A stretch of 64,000 bases of DNA from Myxococcota bacterium (GTDB lineage Bacteria > Myxococcota_A > UBA796 > SXON01), in assembly GCA_040386535.1 (NCBI GenBank), contig JAZKFH010000067.1, positions 32,001 to 96,000 on the forward strand. Direction: 5' to 3'. The notes under the pieces are model-generated. The model worked only from the letters and a program-made list of their open reading frames with translations, searched no databases and was not told where the DNA came from. The translations under genes and the position numbers were made by a program. This document shows, in pieces, positions 35,637 to 49,007 of the stretch (position 1 is the stretch's first letter; every line of letters starts with the position of its first letter).

Positions 35637-36926
35637 CTACCGCTCGACGAACCGCGTGAGGTGCGCGCGATCGACGCTGTCGAGCACCGGGGGCTCGACG
35701 TGGTGGCGCAACAACGCGCGGAGCGTGGGGCGCTCGGGGAGGAGGAGACCTTCGAGGTAGGCGGTCTCGGCGGCGAGCTCGAGCGGCGCGTGCAGGCCCG
35801 CGCGGCCGACCGGCACCAGCTCGAGATCTTCGAGCGCGATGAGGTACCGCCGCATCCGGACGAGGTGCGTGCCGGTCCAGCTGGGGTGGTGGTCGCGGAT
35901 GCGTTGGACGCGAGCGCCGTCGGCCGAGGCGCCGGCGATGCCGATGGCCGCGAGCGAATCGACCGTGCGGGCCGCGACGACAGCGTCGTCCGCGAGCCAG
36001 AGGGGATCGCCCTCGTCGAGCGCGTAGTGCACGCACAGCCACCCGTCCAGCGCGGCGCAGCCCGGGATCGCGGCGGGGCGCATGATCCGGTAGAAGGGGG
36101 CGCCGCCGAGCACGTGGGTCTCGACGGGGAGGTCCGCTCCGTTCTGGGGGCCGCGGACGAGCACCTGGAGAGCGTTTCGCGCGGTCAGGAACCCCACGTC
36201 GTTCACCAGGGACGGCGTGGCGGCGTCACCGAGCCACGCGGCGACCCGACGCGGCGCGATGTCGAGGAACACCTCGCCGGTGAAGATGCCGTCGTCCGTG
36301 TCGACCTGGCCGCCCTGCACCGAGCGGATCACGACGTCGGTGCGCACGTCGAAGCCGGTGGTCGCGAGGGTGGGGCCGCCCGCGGGCGCGTAGACGGGCC
36401 CCTCGGCGACCGTGCCGTGGAACACGCGCGCGACGTTGCACGAGATCTCGCCGGGGGGGCCGAAACGCGCCTGGCAATAGGCCGCGTAGAAGCGCTCGAA
36501 GACGGGCTCGCCGAAGCGCTGCGCCACCCAGTCGCGGTAGGTGCGCAGCTCGCTGCCGCCGCCGATGATCTTGCGGAGCTCGATGGTGCCGCGCGTGCGC
36601 CCCCACGCCATCGCGGCGGAGGCCGCCTGGGTCGCGGGGACGAGGCGCGCGATCTCGGCGCGGCCGAGCGGGAGGAGGTGGGTGCGCCCGTCGATGTGGA
36701 TGCCCCGATCCAGGCCCTCGACCGGGCGCATGGGCCCGTAGAGCTGCTCGGCGAGCGGGCCGACCGCGGGGGTGACGCCGCGCGAGAGCGGGATGTCCGG
36801 ATGGGCGTAGCCACCGACGTGGGGCCCCTCCTGGAGGAGGGTGACCCGGCGCCCCGACAGAGCCAGCGCCGCCGCCGCGCGCATACCGCCCGGCCCACCA
36901 CCGACTACGACCGCATCCTCCGCCAT
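35637..36926 (-). CDS. FAD/NAD(P)-dependent oxidoreductase (protoporphyrinogen oxidase-like)
   Basis: VVVGGGPGGMRAA..VTLLQE..VGG dinucleotide-binding motif; C-terminal VGRAG. Confidence 0.8.
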   Translation of the reverse strand: MAEDAVVVGGGPGGMRAAAALALSGRRVTLLQEGPHVGGYAHPDIPLSRGVTPAVGPLAEQLYGPMRPVEGLDRGIHIDGRTHLLPLGRAEIARLVPATQAASAAMAWGRTRGTIELRKIIGGGSELRTYRDWVAQRFGEPVFERFYAAYCQARFGPPGEISCNVARVFHGTVAEGPVYAPAGGPTLATTGFDVRTDVVIRSVQGGQVDTDDGIFTGEVFLDIAPRRVAAWLGDAATPSLVNDVGFLTARNALQVLVRGPQNGADLPVETHVLGGAPFYRIMRPAAIPGCAALDGWLCVHYALDEGDPLWLADDAVVAARTVDSLAAIGIAGASADGARVQRIRDHHPSWTGTHLVRMRRYLIALEDLELVPVGRAGLHAPLELAAETAYLEGLLLPERPTLRALLRHHVEPPVLDSVDRAHLTRFVER

Positions 36927-37030
36927 CACCACTCCCGTCACGCCGGTCACCAGGGTGCGGTACCGGACGCGCGCACGGGCGGATAACCCGGAAACGCTCG
37001 GGATCGGAACCCGACGCACCGGAGGATTCC

Positions 37031-37459
37031 ATGTCCATGCCCCCGCCCGGCCCCGCCGCCACCGTCGACGCCCTGATCGAGCGGGACGGCGCCATCGTGC
37101 TGGTTCGCCGTCGCTACGAGCCGCTGGGCTGGGCGCTGCCCGGCGGGTTCGTCGACCCGGGCGAGAAGGTGGGCGACGCGGCGGTGCGCGAGGCGAAGGA
37201 GGAGACGGGCCTCGACATCACGCTCGGCGCGCTGATGCACGTCTACTCGGACCCGCGCCGGGACCCGCGCCGACCCACGCTCTCGGTGGTGTTCACCGCG
37301 ACGGGATCAGGCGAGATCGTCGCCGGGGACGACGCGGGGGACGCGCGGTGGTTCCCCCTCGACGCCCTCCCCTCCCCCATCGTGTTCGATCACGCCGCGA
37401 TCATCGCCGACTACGTCCGCTTCCGGACCACCGGCGTCCGTCCCGATCCGAACGTATAG
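37031..37459 (+). CDS. NUDIX hydrolase
   Basis: WALPGGFVDPGEKVGDAAVREAKEETGL Nudix box; RDPR; AGDDA; FDH. Confidence 0.95.
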   Translation: MSMPPPGPAATVDALIERDGAIVLVRRRYEPLGWALPGGFVDPGEKVGDAAVREAKEETGLDITLGALMHVYSDPRRDPRRPTLSVVFTATGSGEIVAGDDAGDARWFPLDALPSPIVFDHAAIIADYVRFRTTGVRPDPNV

Positions 37460-37954
37460 GGCCACGGCGGTATCGCCGTAGGTGCGCGTGCGATCGAGCG
37501 TGAAGCCCGGCACGTTCTCGGGCCACTCAACGGGGGCGCGGGCCTCGGCGACGAGGACCCGCTGGCACAGCGGCGCCGCGCGCAACAACCACGGGCGGAT
37601 GGGCTCCTTGAAGGGCGGGTCGAGGTAGACGAGGTCGGCCGGCGGGCGCGGATTGGTCGCGTCCCCTGAGACCACGCGCACGTCCGCCCCCAGCGCCGCG
37701 ACGTTCGCGCGGATGCAGGCCAACGATGCCGCGTTGCGATCCACGACCGTGACGGGCGAGGCGCCGCGCGAGGCCGCCTCGATCGCGATGAGGCCCGTGC
37801 CGCCGAACAGATCGAGCACCGACCATCCCTCCAGGTCCTGCCCGACCATCGAGAAGACGGCCTCGCGGACGCGAACGGCGGTGGGGCGGACGTTCGGGGG
37901 TACGGGCGCGGAGAGGACCCGCCCACGCAGGACGCCCCCGGTGATCTTGATCAT
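37307..37954 (-). CDS. rsmD: 16S rRNA m2G966 methyltransferase RsmD
   Basis: IKITGGVLRGR, VRPT..RVREAVFS, LDLFGGTG, YLDPPF, YGDT. Confidence 0.9.
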   Translation of the reverse strand: MIKITGGVLRGRVLSAPVPPNVRPTAVRVREAVFSMVGQDLEGWSVLDLFGGTGLIAIEAASRGASPVTVVDRNAASLACIRANVAALGADVRVVSGDATNPRPPADLVYLDPPFKEPIRPWLLRAAPLCQRVLVAEARAPVEWPENVPGFTLDRTRTYGDTAVALYVRIGTDAGGPEADVVGDDRGVIEHDGGGEGVEGEPPRVPRVVPGDDLA

Positions 37955-38415
37955 CGCGGCCTCGGCGGGAGAGTGACCTTGCCCGGTGTCGGCATCGACG
38001 CCGCGAGGGTCCAGGAGCACTGGCCGTCGTGGCAGCCGCAGGTCTCGAGCGCCGCGAAGCACGGCAGGATCTCGCAGGTGCCCATCACCTCGGTGGCCAC
38101 CGCGGCCGCGACGCAGATCTCCTGCGAGCATCCCGTCTTGGCGCAATCGGCGTCCGTGGTGCACTCGCCCGGCGTCTGCACGCCCTCGACGCGCTCCTTG
38201 CAGCCCAGGTACGCCTCGGCCGGCGTCTGCGGGAGGCCGCCGATCGGGAGCGTCGTGGCCGTGCCGTCGATCGGCGCGGCTCCGCCGTCGATCGGCGCGG
38301 TCCCGCCCTCGACCGGCGCGGCGCCGCCGTCCACGACAGAGGGCGGGGAATCGGCGACCGGGAGCTCCGCGGCGGACCGGGGACCGGAACAAGCGAGGAT
38401 GAGCGCCAGGATCAC
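37951..38415 (-). CDS. lipoprotein with eight-cysteine-cluster domain
   Basis: LILAC lipobox; CTTDADCAKTGCSQEIC...CEILPC...CGCHDGQCSW. Confidence 0.75.
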   Translation of the reverse strand: MILALILACSGPRSAAELPVADSPPSVVDGGAAPVEGGTAPIDGGAAPIDGTATTLPIGGLPQTPAEAYLGCKERVEGVQTPGECTTDADCAKTGCSQEICVAAAVATEVMGTCEILPCFAALETCGCHDGQCSWTLAASMPTPGKVTLPPRPR

Positions 38416-38575
38416 GAGGTCGGCTCCATGCGGTGGCTACGTGCCGGGGCGCCGGCGACACGACCGGCGGCGGAACGGCGGATCCCTACCACGTCGAACA
38501 CGCGGCGCGGGGCCCGGGATCCGCGTGCACGTGGCCTCCGGCCCGTGAGCTATGCTCCCCGCGCACGGAGCCCCC

Positions 38576-38767
38576 ATGTTCAAGCTCGACGCCGCCGCCG
38601 CGGCCGCCATCATCGCCGAAGAGGACGCCCTCGCGACCCTCCGCAACCACTCGATCGAGAGCGTCCTGTCGAGCATCGAGGACATCGACTCGATCGACGA
38701 CGAAGAAGCGGCGTTCAACGCCCTGATGGAAGCCATGTACGCCTTGCGGCCGCAAGGTTACCTGTAG
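38576..38767 (+). CDS. small acidic hypothetical protein
   Basis: GGAG RBS, GC3-rich codons, ends immediately before the next ATG. Confidence 0.55.
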   Translation: MFKLDAAAAAAIIAEEDALATLRNHSIESVLSSIEDIDSIDDEEAAFNALMEAMYALRPQGYL

Positions 38768-38768
38768 G

Positions 38769-39800
38769 ATGATGCTGCCGCTCCTGACGATGTCGCTCCT
38801 CGCGTGCGCGCCCGGCGACCCCGAGCTGTTCCTGACCGGCTGGAACTACGAGTGGGAGGAGCTCTCCCACCGCGTGGCCTTCGTCCGGATCGGGGTCGAG
38901 GAGGACTCGAGCCTCGCGCTCGGCCTGATCGGGGGCGACTGGTCCACCGGCGCCGCCTTCGTCGACGTGCCGCACTACCGGGTGCGGTACCAGCGCGTCG
39001 TCGGCGCAGGCATCCGCGTCGTGCGCGGCACCGCCACGCTCCAGGTCGGGCCGGGGCCCGAGGGCTCCACCACCCTCGTGGTGGACGGGACCGACCTTCC
39101 CGCGAACGCCGATCTCGTCGCCGTGATCGACGGCTTCTCGATCGACACCGACCTGCCGCAGTCGGCCGAATACCCCGCGGAGTACGACGCGGCGTATGGC
39201 TACGCGAGCCAGGGGTTCGGCCTCGCCCTGGGTGACCCGGAGCGGGACGGCACGGACGTCCACATCCCGGTCGACGCGACGATCCGGTGGGGTCCGCAGG
39301 ACCGGGAGGACATGAACGCGGCGATCCCGTACGCGGTCACCGCGGTCACGGTCGACGTGGCGCTGATCGCCTTCACCGGCGCCCTCGACGTGTTGCCCGT
39401 CTCCGGCGCGCGCCCCTACGAGTTCCAGGAGCGGCCGTACACCGACCAGCCGCCGATGGAGATCCCCGCGCGGTTCGAGGGGGGGGCGCGCGAGGGCTTC
39501 GTGGCGTGGCGGAGCTTCGATCTCCAGCTCAACCTCGAGGGAGTGGACGCCGGGCAGGGCGACTACCTCCGGGCGTTCGGCGCCGAGGTGGTGCCGACCG
39601 CCTCGGAGCCCGCCGGCTGGGAGGGGCTGGTCACCGCGACGATGAGCACCTCGTCGCTGTCCGAGTTCTCGGACCCCTCCGCCGGGTTCTCGGGCGAGCT
39701 CGTGCGCATCGGCGCGCGCGACGTCGTGGCCGAGCACTGGGTGGTGTCGGGGCAGCACCCCACTGGCTACGCGCTGACCGGGCCGACACTCGCGGACTAG
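38769..39800 (+). CDS. hypothetical lipoprotein
   Basis: SLLAC lipobox; acidic, beta-rich sequence; strong coding bias. Confidence 0.7.
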   Translation: MMLPLLTMSLLACAPGDPELFLTGWNYEWEELSHRVAFVRIGVEEDSSLALGLIGGDWSTGAAFVDVPHYRVRYQRVVGAGIRVVRGTATLQVGPGPEGSTTLVVDGTDLPANADLVAVIDGFSIDTDLPQSAEYPAEYDAAYGYASQGFGLALGDPERDGTDVHIPVDATIRWGPQDREDMNAAIPYAVTAVTVDVALIAFTGALDVLPVSGARPYEFQERPYTDQPPMEIPARFEGGAREGFVAWRSFDLQLNLEGVDAGQGDYLRAFGAEVVPTASEPAGWEGLVTATMSTSSLSEFSDPSAGFSGELVRIGARDVVAEHWVVSGQHPTGYALTGPTLAD

Positions 39801-39863
39801 CCCGTGGTCAGTTGCCCCCCCCATGCACCCCGGTTAGAGGTCGCCTCTTTTCCGGAGTCACCC

Positions 39864-40379
39864 ATGTACCGTGCACTGTTGTTGACCGTGTTCCTCGCCG
39901 CTTGTGGCGGTGAAGAGAAGAAGGCCGAGGTCCCCGCCCCGGCGCCCGCCCCCGCAGCGCCCGCCCCGGCGCCCGCCCCCGCGGCCCCGGCCGCCGGCAC
40001 CGCCCAGTCCGGCCCCTACACCCCCGATCCGCTCGCGCAGGCCGCCTACGAGAAGGCCAAGGCCGCCGGCGCCGACGCGAAGACCAACCCCAAGAAGGGG
40101 GACGCCACGGCGATCGCGGCGGGCAAGGCCCTGTACGACGCCAAATGCGTGATCTGCCACGGCGCGACCGGCCTGGGCGACGGCGTCGCGGGCACCGCCC
40201 TCCCCCAGAAGCCCTCCAACTTCCATTGGAAGGAGCGCTGGGACCACACGTCCGACGGCGTGAAGCACTGGGTCCTGCTCAACGGCATCCAGGGCACGGG
40301 CATGGCGCCCCTCGGCCTGACCGAGGACCAGGCGTGGGAAGTGGTGGCCTACCTCGACTCCGAGTTCGCCGGAAAGTAG
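39864..40379 (+). CDS. monoheme c-type cytochrome lipoprotein
   Basis: FLAAC lipobox, PAPA linker, CVICH, GTGM axial Met. Confidence 0.9.
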   Translation: MYRALLLTVFLAACGGEEKKAEVPAPAPAPAAPAPAPAPAAPAAGTAQSGPYTPDPLAQAAYEKAKAAGADAKTNPKKGDATAIAAGKALYDAKCVICHGATGLGDGVAGTALPQKPSNFHWKERWDHTSDGVKHWVLLNGIQGTGMAPLGLTEDQAWEVVAYLDSEFAGK

Positions 40380-40399
40380 CCCTCCTCGAGGGCTCCTCG

Positions 40400-40438
40400 C
40401 GCGGCCGCCGGCTCACCCGGCGGCCGTCGCTCGTTTTG
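40400..40438 (+). terminator. probable intrinsic terminator
   Basis: CGGCCGCCGG-CTCAC-CCGGCGGCCG stem followed by CGTTTT. Confidence 0.55.
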
Positions 40439-40729
40439 TGGGGAGGCCCCTCCGACGCGCCCCCCGAGCGCCTCCCGTGCGCCTCCGCGCCTGCCGCGAA
40501 GGGAGGCGCACCACGCCTGCACCGGCACGCTCGCCGGAGCCCGTCAGGAAGCGTCACGAGACGAATGAGATGCCCGCTGCCTTTTCCGCACGGGGCCCGT
40601 CGGACTGACGCAGCGCCCCTTGTTCGCGGTCCAGCGCTGCATTAGGGTGCGGCCCCCGAAGCCCCCGCTACCCGGCCCCCTGGGCCCCCCATCACCGAAC
40701 GCGTTCCACGCCATCCGGCCGGAGGATGC

Positions 40730-41380
40730 ATGCGCAACTTGCCAGGAACCGCCCTGGTGCTCGCCGCAATCAGCGGAGCTGTACTCGGCTCCACCGGCTG
40801 CGCCACCGAGGCCGATACCGCGGCCGAGGCGGCGTTCACGCGAGGCACCAAGAACCTGTTCCCGCCCGAGCTCTTCGACAAGGAGCTGGTGGTCGCCGTC
40901 GGCCAACCGCTCGAAGAAGCCATCGAGCAGCCGATCGCCTTCCCGCACAGCACGCACGTGCAGACGCTCGGGATGGACTGTCAATACTGCCACTCGAGCG
41001 CCCGCAAGGGCATCCACGCCGGCGTGCCTCCCACGCAGCTCTGCATGGGGTGCCACAACCTCGTGCCGACCGAAGGGCGCCCGGAGCTCGACAAGCTGAA
41101 GGACTTCTACGCGCGGAACGAGCCCATTCCCTGGGTGAAGGTCCACGATCTGCCGGACTTCGTGTACTTCAGCCACAAGCGCCACGTCACGGGCGGGGTG
41201 CAGTGCCAGGAGTGCCACGGGCAGGTGCAGGAGATGGGCGTCGCACAACGCGTCGCCACCCTGGAGATGGGCTGGTGCCTCGACTGCCACGCGCAGCACG
41301 ACAGCATCGACGAGAACTACGGCACCAAAGCGGAACTTCGGCGTGCAGAGCTGAAGGACTGCTACACCTGCCACAAGTAG
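40730..41380 (+). CDS. actA: alternative complex III pentaheme cytochrome c ActA
   Basis: QPIAFPHSTH; five CxxCH motifs; WVKVHDLPDFVYFSH; MGWCLDCH. Confidence 0.92.
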   Translation: MRNLPGTALVLAAISGAVLGSTGCATEADTAAEAAFTRGTKNLFPPELFDKELVVAVGQPLEEAIEQPIAFPHSTHVQTLGMDCQYCHSSARKGIHAGVPPTQLCMGCHNLVPTEGRPELDKLKDFYARNEPIPWVKVHDLPDFVYFSHKRHVTGGVQCQECHGQVQEMGVAQRVATLEMGWCLDCHAQHDSIDENYGTKAELRRAELKDCYTCHK

Positions 41381-41393
41381 GCGGAGCGGCGAC

Positions 41394-44548
<3,155 letters not shown>

Positions 44549-44552
<4 letters not shown>

Positions 44553-45883
44553 TGAAAGGCCCCACCTACAGCTCGGTCAACCGGGACGTCCTCGCCCCGC
44601 TCTTCACGCCAAGCGCCGCGTACATGGGCGCGCTCAGCCTCGCCCTCGCGGCGCTCGCCTGGGGCGGGTACTGCTGGGCCATCCAGCTCATCAACGGCCT
44701 CGGGGTCGCCGGGTACCGCCCGCCGGTCTTCTGGGGCGTGTACATCACGACCTTCGTGTTCTGGGTCGGTATCGGGCACGCGGGAACGCTGATCTCCGCG
44801 GTGCTCTTCCTGACTCGCTCGCGCTGGCGCACCGGCATCTACCGCGCCGCCGAGGCGATGACGATCTTCGCGGTCATGACCGCGGCGCTCTTCCCCGCCA
44901 TCCACGTCGGCCGCGCCTGGTACGCGTACTTCCTGTTCCCGTACCCCAACCAGCGGCAGCTCTGGGTCAACTTCAAGTCCCCGCTGATGTGGGACGTGTT
45001 CGCGGTGTCGACCTACTTCACCGTCTCCACGGTCTTCTTCTTCATCGGCCTCATCCCGGACATGGCCGCGGTGCGCGACTCGACGCGGGGCTTCACCTCG
45101 AAGCTGTACGGCGTGATGTGCCTCAACTGGCGCGGCACCGACCGCCAGTGGCGCCACTACATGGCCGCCTACGGGTTCTTCGCCGCCCTCGCCACGCCGC
45201 TCGTGCTCTCCGTGCACTCGGTCGTCTCCTGGGACTTCGCGATGGCGCAGACCCCCGGGTGGCACTCGACGATCTTCCCGCCCTACTTCGTCGCGGGCGC
45301 GATCTTCTCGGGTTGCGCGATGGTCATCACGCTCATGTTGCCGCTCACGAAGGTCTTCAAGCTCGAAGACTACATCCACGTGTGGCACTTCGAGCACCTC
45401 GCGAAGCTCTGCCTCTTCACGGGCGGGATCCTCACCTACGCGTACGGCACCGAGTACTTCATCGCCTGGTACTCCGACAACATGTACGAGTGGGGCACCT
45501 TCGTCGACCGCGTGGTCGGCAACTACTGGTGGGTCTTCGCCACCATGGTGTTCTGCAACTGCATCGCGCCGCTGCCCTGGTACTTCAAGAAGGTCCGCAC
45601 GAACTACCTCTGGCTCTTCGTGATCAGCATCCTGATCAACGTCGGCATGTGGTTCGAGCGGTACAACATCATCGCCAGCTCGCTCGCCCATTCTTTCGAC
45701 CCCGCCGGTTGGGTCTACTACGAGCCCACCTACATCGAGTGGGGCATCATGCTCGGCTCGTTCGGCTGGTTCTTCACCTGGTTCCTTCTCTTCGTGAAGA
45801 TCATGCCCTCCGTGGCGATCGCCGAAGTGAAAGAGCTGATGCGTCCGCCGCTCAAGTCCGATGAGGAGGTCGCCGCCAAATGA
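44549..45883 (+). CDS. actC: alternative complex III ActC (NrfD/PsrC family)
   Basis: FVFWVGIGHAGTLISA, RAAEAMT, NFKSPLMWD, LATPLVLSVHSVVSWDFA, GWHSTIFPPYFVAGA, GMWFER. Confidence 0.95.
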
Positions 45884-46458
45884 GCGTCTCTGTTCCCGTC
45901 GAGGCCGCCGCTTCTGTGGCGCCCATCAAGGCGGTCTACAAGCATCTGGATTGCCTGGTCCAAGGCATCTCCGACCTCAAGCAGGCCGGGGTGCGGGACC
46001 TCCACGTCCTGACCCCGTTCCCGCGGCACGAGGTCGAGGAGCTCCTCTACGAAGGCGAGCCCAGCCCCGTGCGCTGGTTCACCCTCGTGGGCGGCATCTT
46101 CGGCGCCACGATGGCCTTCACCATGACGGCGCTGATGTCGGCCAACTGGCCGATGATCATGCCGGGTGGGAAGCCGCTGGTCTCCATCCCGCCGTTCATC
46201 GTCATCACGTTCGAGGGCACCATCCTCTGGGCGTCGATGTTCACGTTCGTCGGGCTCCTACTGCTCTGTCGCCTCCCCTCCCGGGGCCTCCCCAAGGAGG
46301 TCGAGGATCCGCGCTTCAGCAACGATCACTTCGGGATCGTCGTCGAGCGCGTGGGTGCCCAGGACGCGGCGAAGATCAAGTCCATCCTCGCCCACTCGGG
46401 CGCGATCGAAGTGACGGGCGGAGGCAGTGATGCCGCCCACGGAGCGCACCATGGCTAA
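45880..46458 (+). CDS. actD: alternative complex III ActD (DUF3341)
   Basis: TPFP, WPMIMPGGKP, ITFE, RFSNDHF; two TM segments; operon position. Confidence 0.88.
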   Translation: MSVSVPVEAAASVAPIKAVYKHLDCLVQGISDLKQAGVRDLHVLTPFPRHEVEELLYEGEPSPVRWFTLVGGIFGATMAFTMTALMSANWPMIMPGGKPLVSIPPFIVITFEGTILWASMFTFVGLLLLCRLPSRGLPKEVEDPRFSNDHFGIVVERVGAQDAAKIKSILAHSGAIEVTGGGSDAAHGAHHG

Positions 46459-47107
46459 ATCCCGCGTGCCTGAATCCGGGGGGGCTGATCCGCGCAAGCG
46501 TCGCCGCCTCGTGGTGGGGGCCGGCCTCCTGATCGCCGGGGTTGCCTGGGCGAGCCCCTGGGACATCGACATGGTCGACTCGTACGCCTCCAAGGCCTAC
46601 GAGTGGAAGATGCGGCCGTTCCCGGTCGCCTCGGTGCAGCAGACGCCGTCCGGTCCCAAGACCCCCGGCGCCTACCAGACCGCGTACGTCGCCCCGGTGG
46701 ACCGCGCGACCGAGGCCGACGCCCTGGTGAACCCCTACCCTGCCGACGCGGCGGCCCTCGCGGAGGGCAAGCGCCTGATGCAGGTGACCTGCGCGCCGTG
46801 CCACGGCGTCGACGGCATCGGGGGTGGCCCGGTCACCCACAACGATCCGGCCAAGGACATCCGGCGCTTCCCGCTGCCGGCCCCCCTCCTTTCGGGCCCG
46901 GGCGCCGTCACGGCGGTCCGCTCCGACGGGTACCTCTACGCAACGATCCGCAACGGTGGCGCGTTGATGCCGGCCTACGGCATCAGCCTCACCGATCACG
47001 AACGGTGGTCCATCGTGTCGTACATCCGTACGCTCGAAGGCGCTCAGCTCGCGCCCCCGACCCCCGCACCGACCGAGCAAGCGCCCACCGGGGGGACAGC
47101 AGGATGA
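46451..47107 (+). CDS. actE: alternative complex III monoheme cytochrome ActE
   Basis: CAPCHG, DGYLYATIRNG..MPAY, RWSIVSYIR; operon position. Confidence 0.88.
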   Translation: MAKSRVPESGGADPRKRRRLVVGAGLLIAGVAWASPWDIDMVDSYASKAYEWKMRPFPVASVQQTPSGPKTPGAYQTAYVAPVDRATEADALVNPYPADAAALAEGKRLMQVTCAPCHGVDGIGGGPVTHNDPAKDIRRFPLPAPLLSGPGAVTAVRSDGYLYATIRNGGALMPAYGISLTDHERWSIVSYIRTLEGAQLAPPTPAPTEQAPTGGTAG

Positions 47108-48459
47108 GCAACAACGTCGATCTCATCGCGCTCGCACGCACCGTCGTGGGCCCCGGCCCCGACGTGGCGCGCGCCGTCCAGTCCACCCCGCGCGAGGTGC
47201 CCGCCTCCGTGCGCACGGCGACCAACATCGGCCTCGTGGTGGGCCTCGTGTCCATCGCCGCGGGCCTGTTCCTGCAAGCGGATCGCACCGCGGGCATGCT
47301 GCTGACGTGCCTCGTGTACTTCATCGGCGTGTCGCAGGGCGGCGTGATGTTCTCCGTCGCGCAGACAGCCTCGCTCGGCCGTTGGGGCCGCCCCTTCAAG
47401 CGCATCGCCGAGTCCTTCTCGGTGATGTTGCCGATCCTCTACGTGCTCTGGTTGGTGTTCCTGCTCGCGGGCGGGCTGCACATCTACCCGTGGACCCACG
47501 AGCCGATGCACGGGCACAAGGCCATCTGGCTCCAGCCCGGCTTCTTCGTGGCGCGCCAGGCGGTGTGCCTCGGCATCCTGTTCCTGCTCTCGCTCACGTT
47601 CGTCCGCAACAGCCTCCGCCCCGACCTGGGCGTGGCCGCGGAAGAGCTCGGCAGCCGCGCCCCCGCGTGGTGGGGCAAGGTCACGGTCGGCTGGAAGGGC
47701 CGCGAGGCCGAGGTCGAAACCGCCTACCAGCGCAACATCAAGCTCGCGCCGGTGATGATCGTCACCTACGCTACCGTGTTCACGTTCTTCGCGGTCGACG
47801 CCGTGATGAGCCTCGAGCCGCACTGGTACTCGAACATGTTCCCGGCGTGGATGTTCGTCTCCAGCTTCTGGGTGTCGCTGTCCTGGATCTGCCTGTTCGC
47901 CGTCATCGGCGGCAAGTGGCTCCAGATCCAGCACCTCACCGGCCGGACCAACTTCCACGATCTCGGCAAGATGATGTTCGCGCTGAGCATCTTCTGGACC
48001 TACACCTTCTACGCGCAGCTCCTGCCGATCTGGTACGGGAACATGCCCGAGGAGACCGGGTACCTGATGCTCCGCATGTACACCGACACCTGGGGCCCGC
48101 TCTCCAAGGTCGTCCTGGCCATGTGCTTCATCATCCCCTTCACGGTGCTGCTCTCCCGCGGCATCAAGAAGCTCCCGCGCTCGCTCGCCGGTGTGGCCGT
48201 CGTCATCTCGCTGGGCGTGTTCCTCGAGCGCTTCCTGCTGGTCATGCCGGCGGTGTGGCGGGAAGACTCCCTCCCCATCGGCCCCCTGGAGCTCGGCATC
48301 CTCATCGGCTTCGTGAGCTTGTTCGTCCGCGCCGTGACGACCTTCCTCGCGCAGGTCCCGCCGGTGCCCGTGTCGGACCCGTTCATGAACCCGAACCCGT
48401 CCGACGTGCACGTGCACGCCCACCACCACGACTCCGGTCACGGACCCGCCCACGCATGA
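47104..48459 (+). CDS. actF: alternative complex III ActF
   Basis: Polytopic; MSLEPHWYSNMF, HDLGKMMFA, QLLPIWYGNMPEE. Confidence 0.9.
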   Translation: MSNNVDLIALARTVVGPGPDVARAVQSTPREVPASVRTATNIGLVVGLVSIAAGLFLQADRTAGMLLTCLVYFIGVSQGGVMFSVAQTASLGRWGRPFKRIAESFSVMLPILYVLWLVFLLAGGLHIYPWTHEPMHGHKAIWLQPGFFVARQAVCLGILFLLSLTFVRNSLRPDLGVAAEELGSRAPAWWGKVTVGWKGREAEVETAYQRNIKLAPVMIVTYATVFTFFAVDAVMSLEPHWYSNMFPAWMFVSSFWVSLSWICLFAVIGGKWLQIQHLTGRTNFHDLGKMMFALSIFWTYTFYAQLLPIWYGNMPEETGYLMLRMYTDTWGPLSKVVLAMCFIIPFTVLLSRGIKKLPRSLAGVAVVISLGVFLERFLLVMPAVWREDSLPIGPLELGILIGFVSLFVRAVTTFLAQVPPVPVSDPFMNPNPSDVHVHAHHHDSGHGPAHA

Positions 48460-48956
48460 CGAAAGAAGCGCTCCTGGCGCAGGCGGCGGTCATCACCGCC
48501 GCCCTGCGCGACCTGGATGCCACCGAGCCCGCGGCCGCCGAACAGGCGCTCCGCGGGTTTCGCGTATCCGCCTTCGAGGCCGCGCTCAGGGAGGCCCACG
48601 CCGAGGGCTGGGCCACCCCCAAGGAAGCGGGCGGCATCCGCTTTGGGCGCGTCACCCGCGCGGATCCCGCCCTCTCCGGCTTCAGCCTGGACGTGGTCGA
48701 GATGAGCGGCGCGGCGCCCGGCGCACACACCCACCCCCGCGGTGAGTTCGATCTCTCCTTCGTGCTCGACGGGCAGCCGCGCTTCGACGGGCGGCCGCCG
48801 GGCTGGGTCGTGTACCCGCCGGGCAGTCGCCATGTCCCGACGGTGACGGGCGGCCGCATGCTCATCGCGTACTTCCTGCCGGCCGGGGAGATCGTCTTCG
48901 ACGGCCAACGCGACGAACAAAAAAAGCCGGGTGATGTACAAACGGCGAAGGGCTAG
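48456..48956 (+). CDS. DUF4863/PnbB-like cupin protein
   Basis: RFGRV, FSLDVVEM, HTHPRGEFDL, GWVVYPPGSRHVPTV, YFLPAG. Confidence 0.75.
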   Translation: MTKEALLAQAAVITAALRDLDATEPAAAEQALRGFRVSAFEAALREAHAEGWATPKEAGGIRFGRVTRADPALSGFSLDVVEMSGAAPGAHTHPRGEFDLSFVLDGQPRFDGRPPGWVVYPPGSRHVPTVTGGRMLIAYFLPAGEIVFDGQRDEQKKPGDVQTAKG

Positions 48957-49007
48957 TTTCCGACGGGGAGCGTGGTGATTACCCCACGCTCCCTCCCCGA
49001 GAAACGC

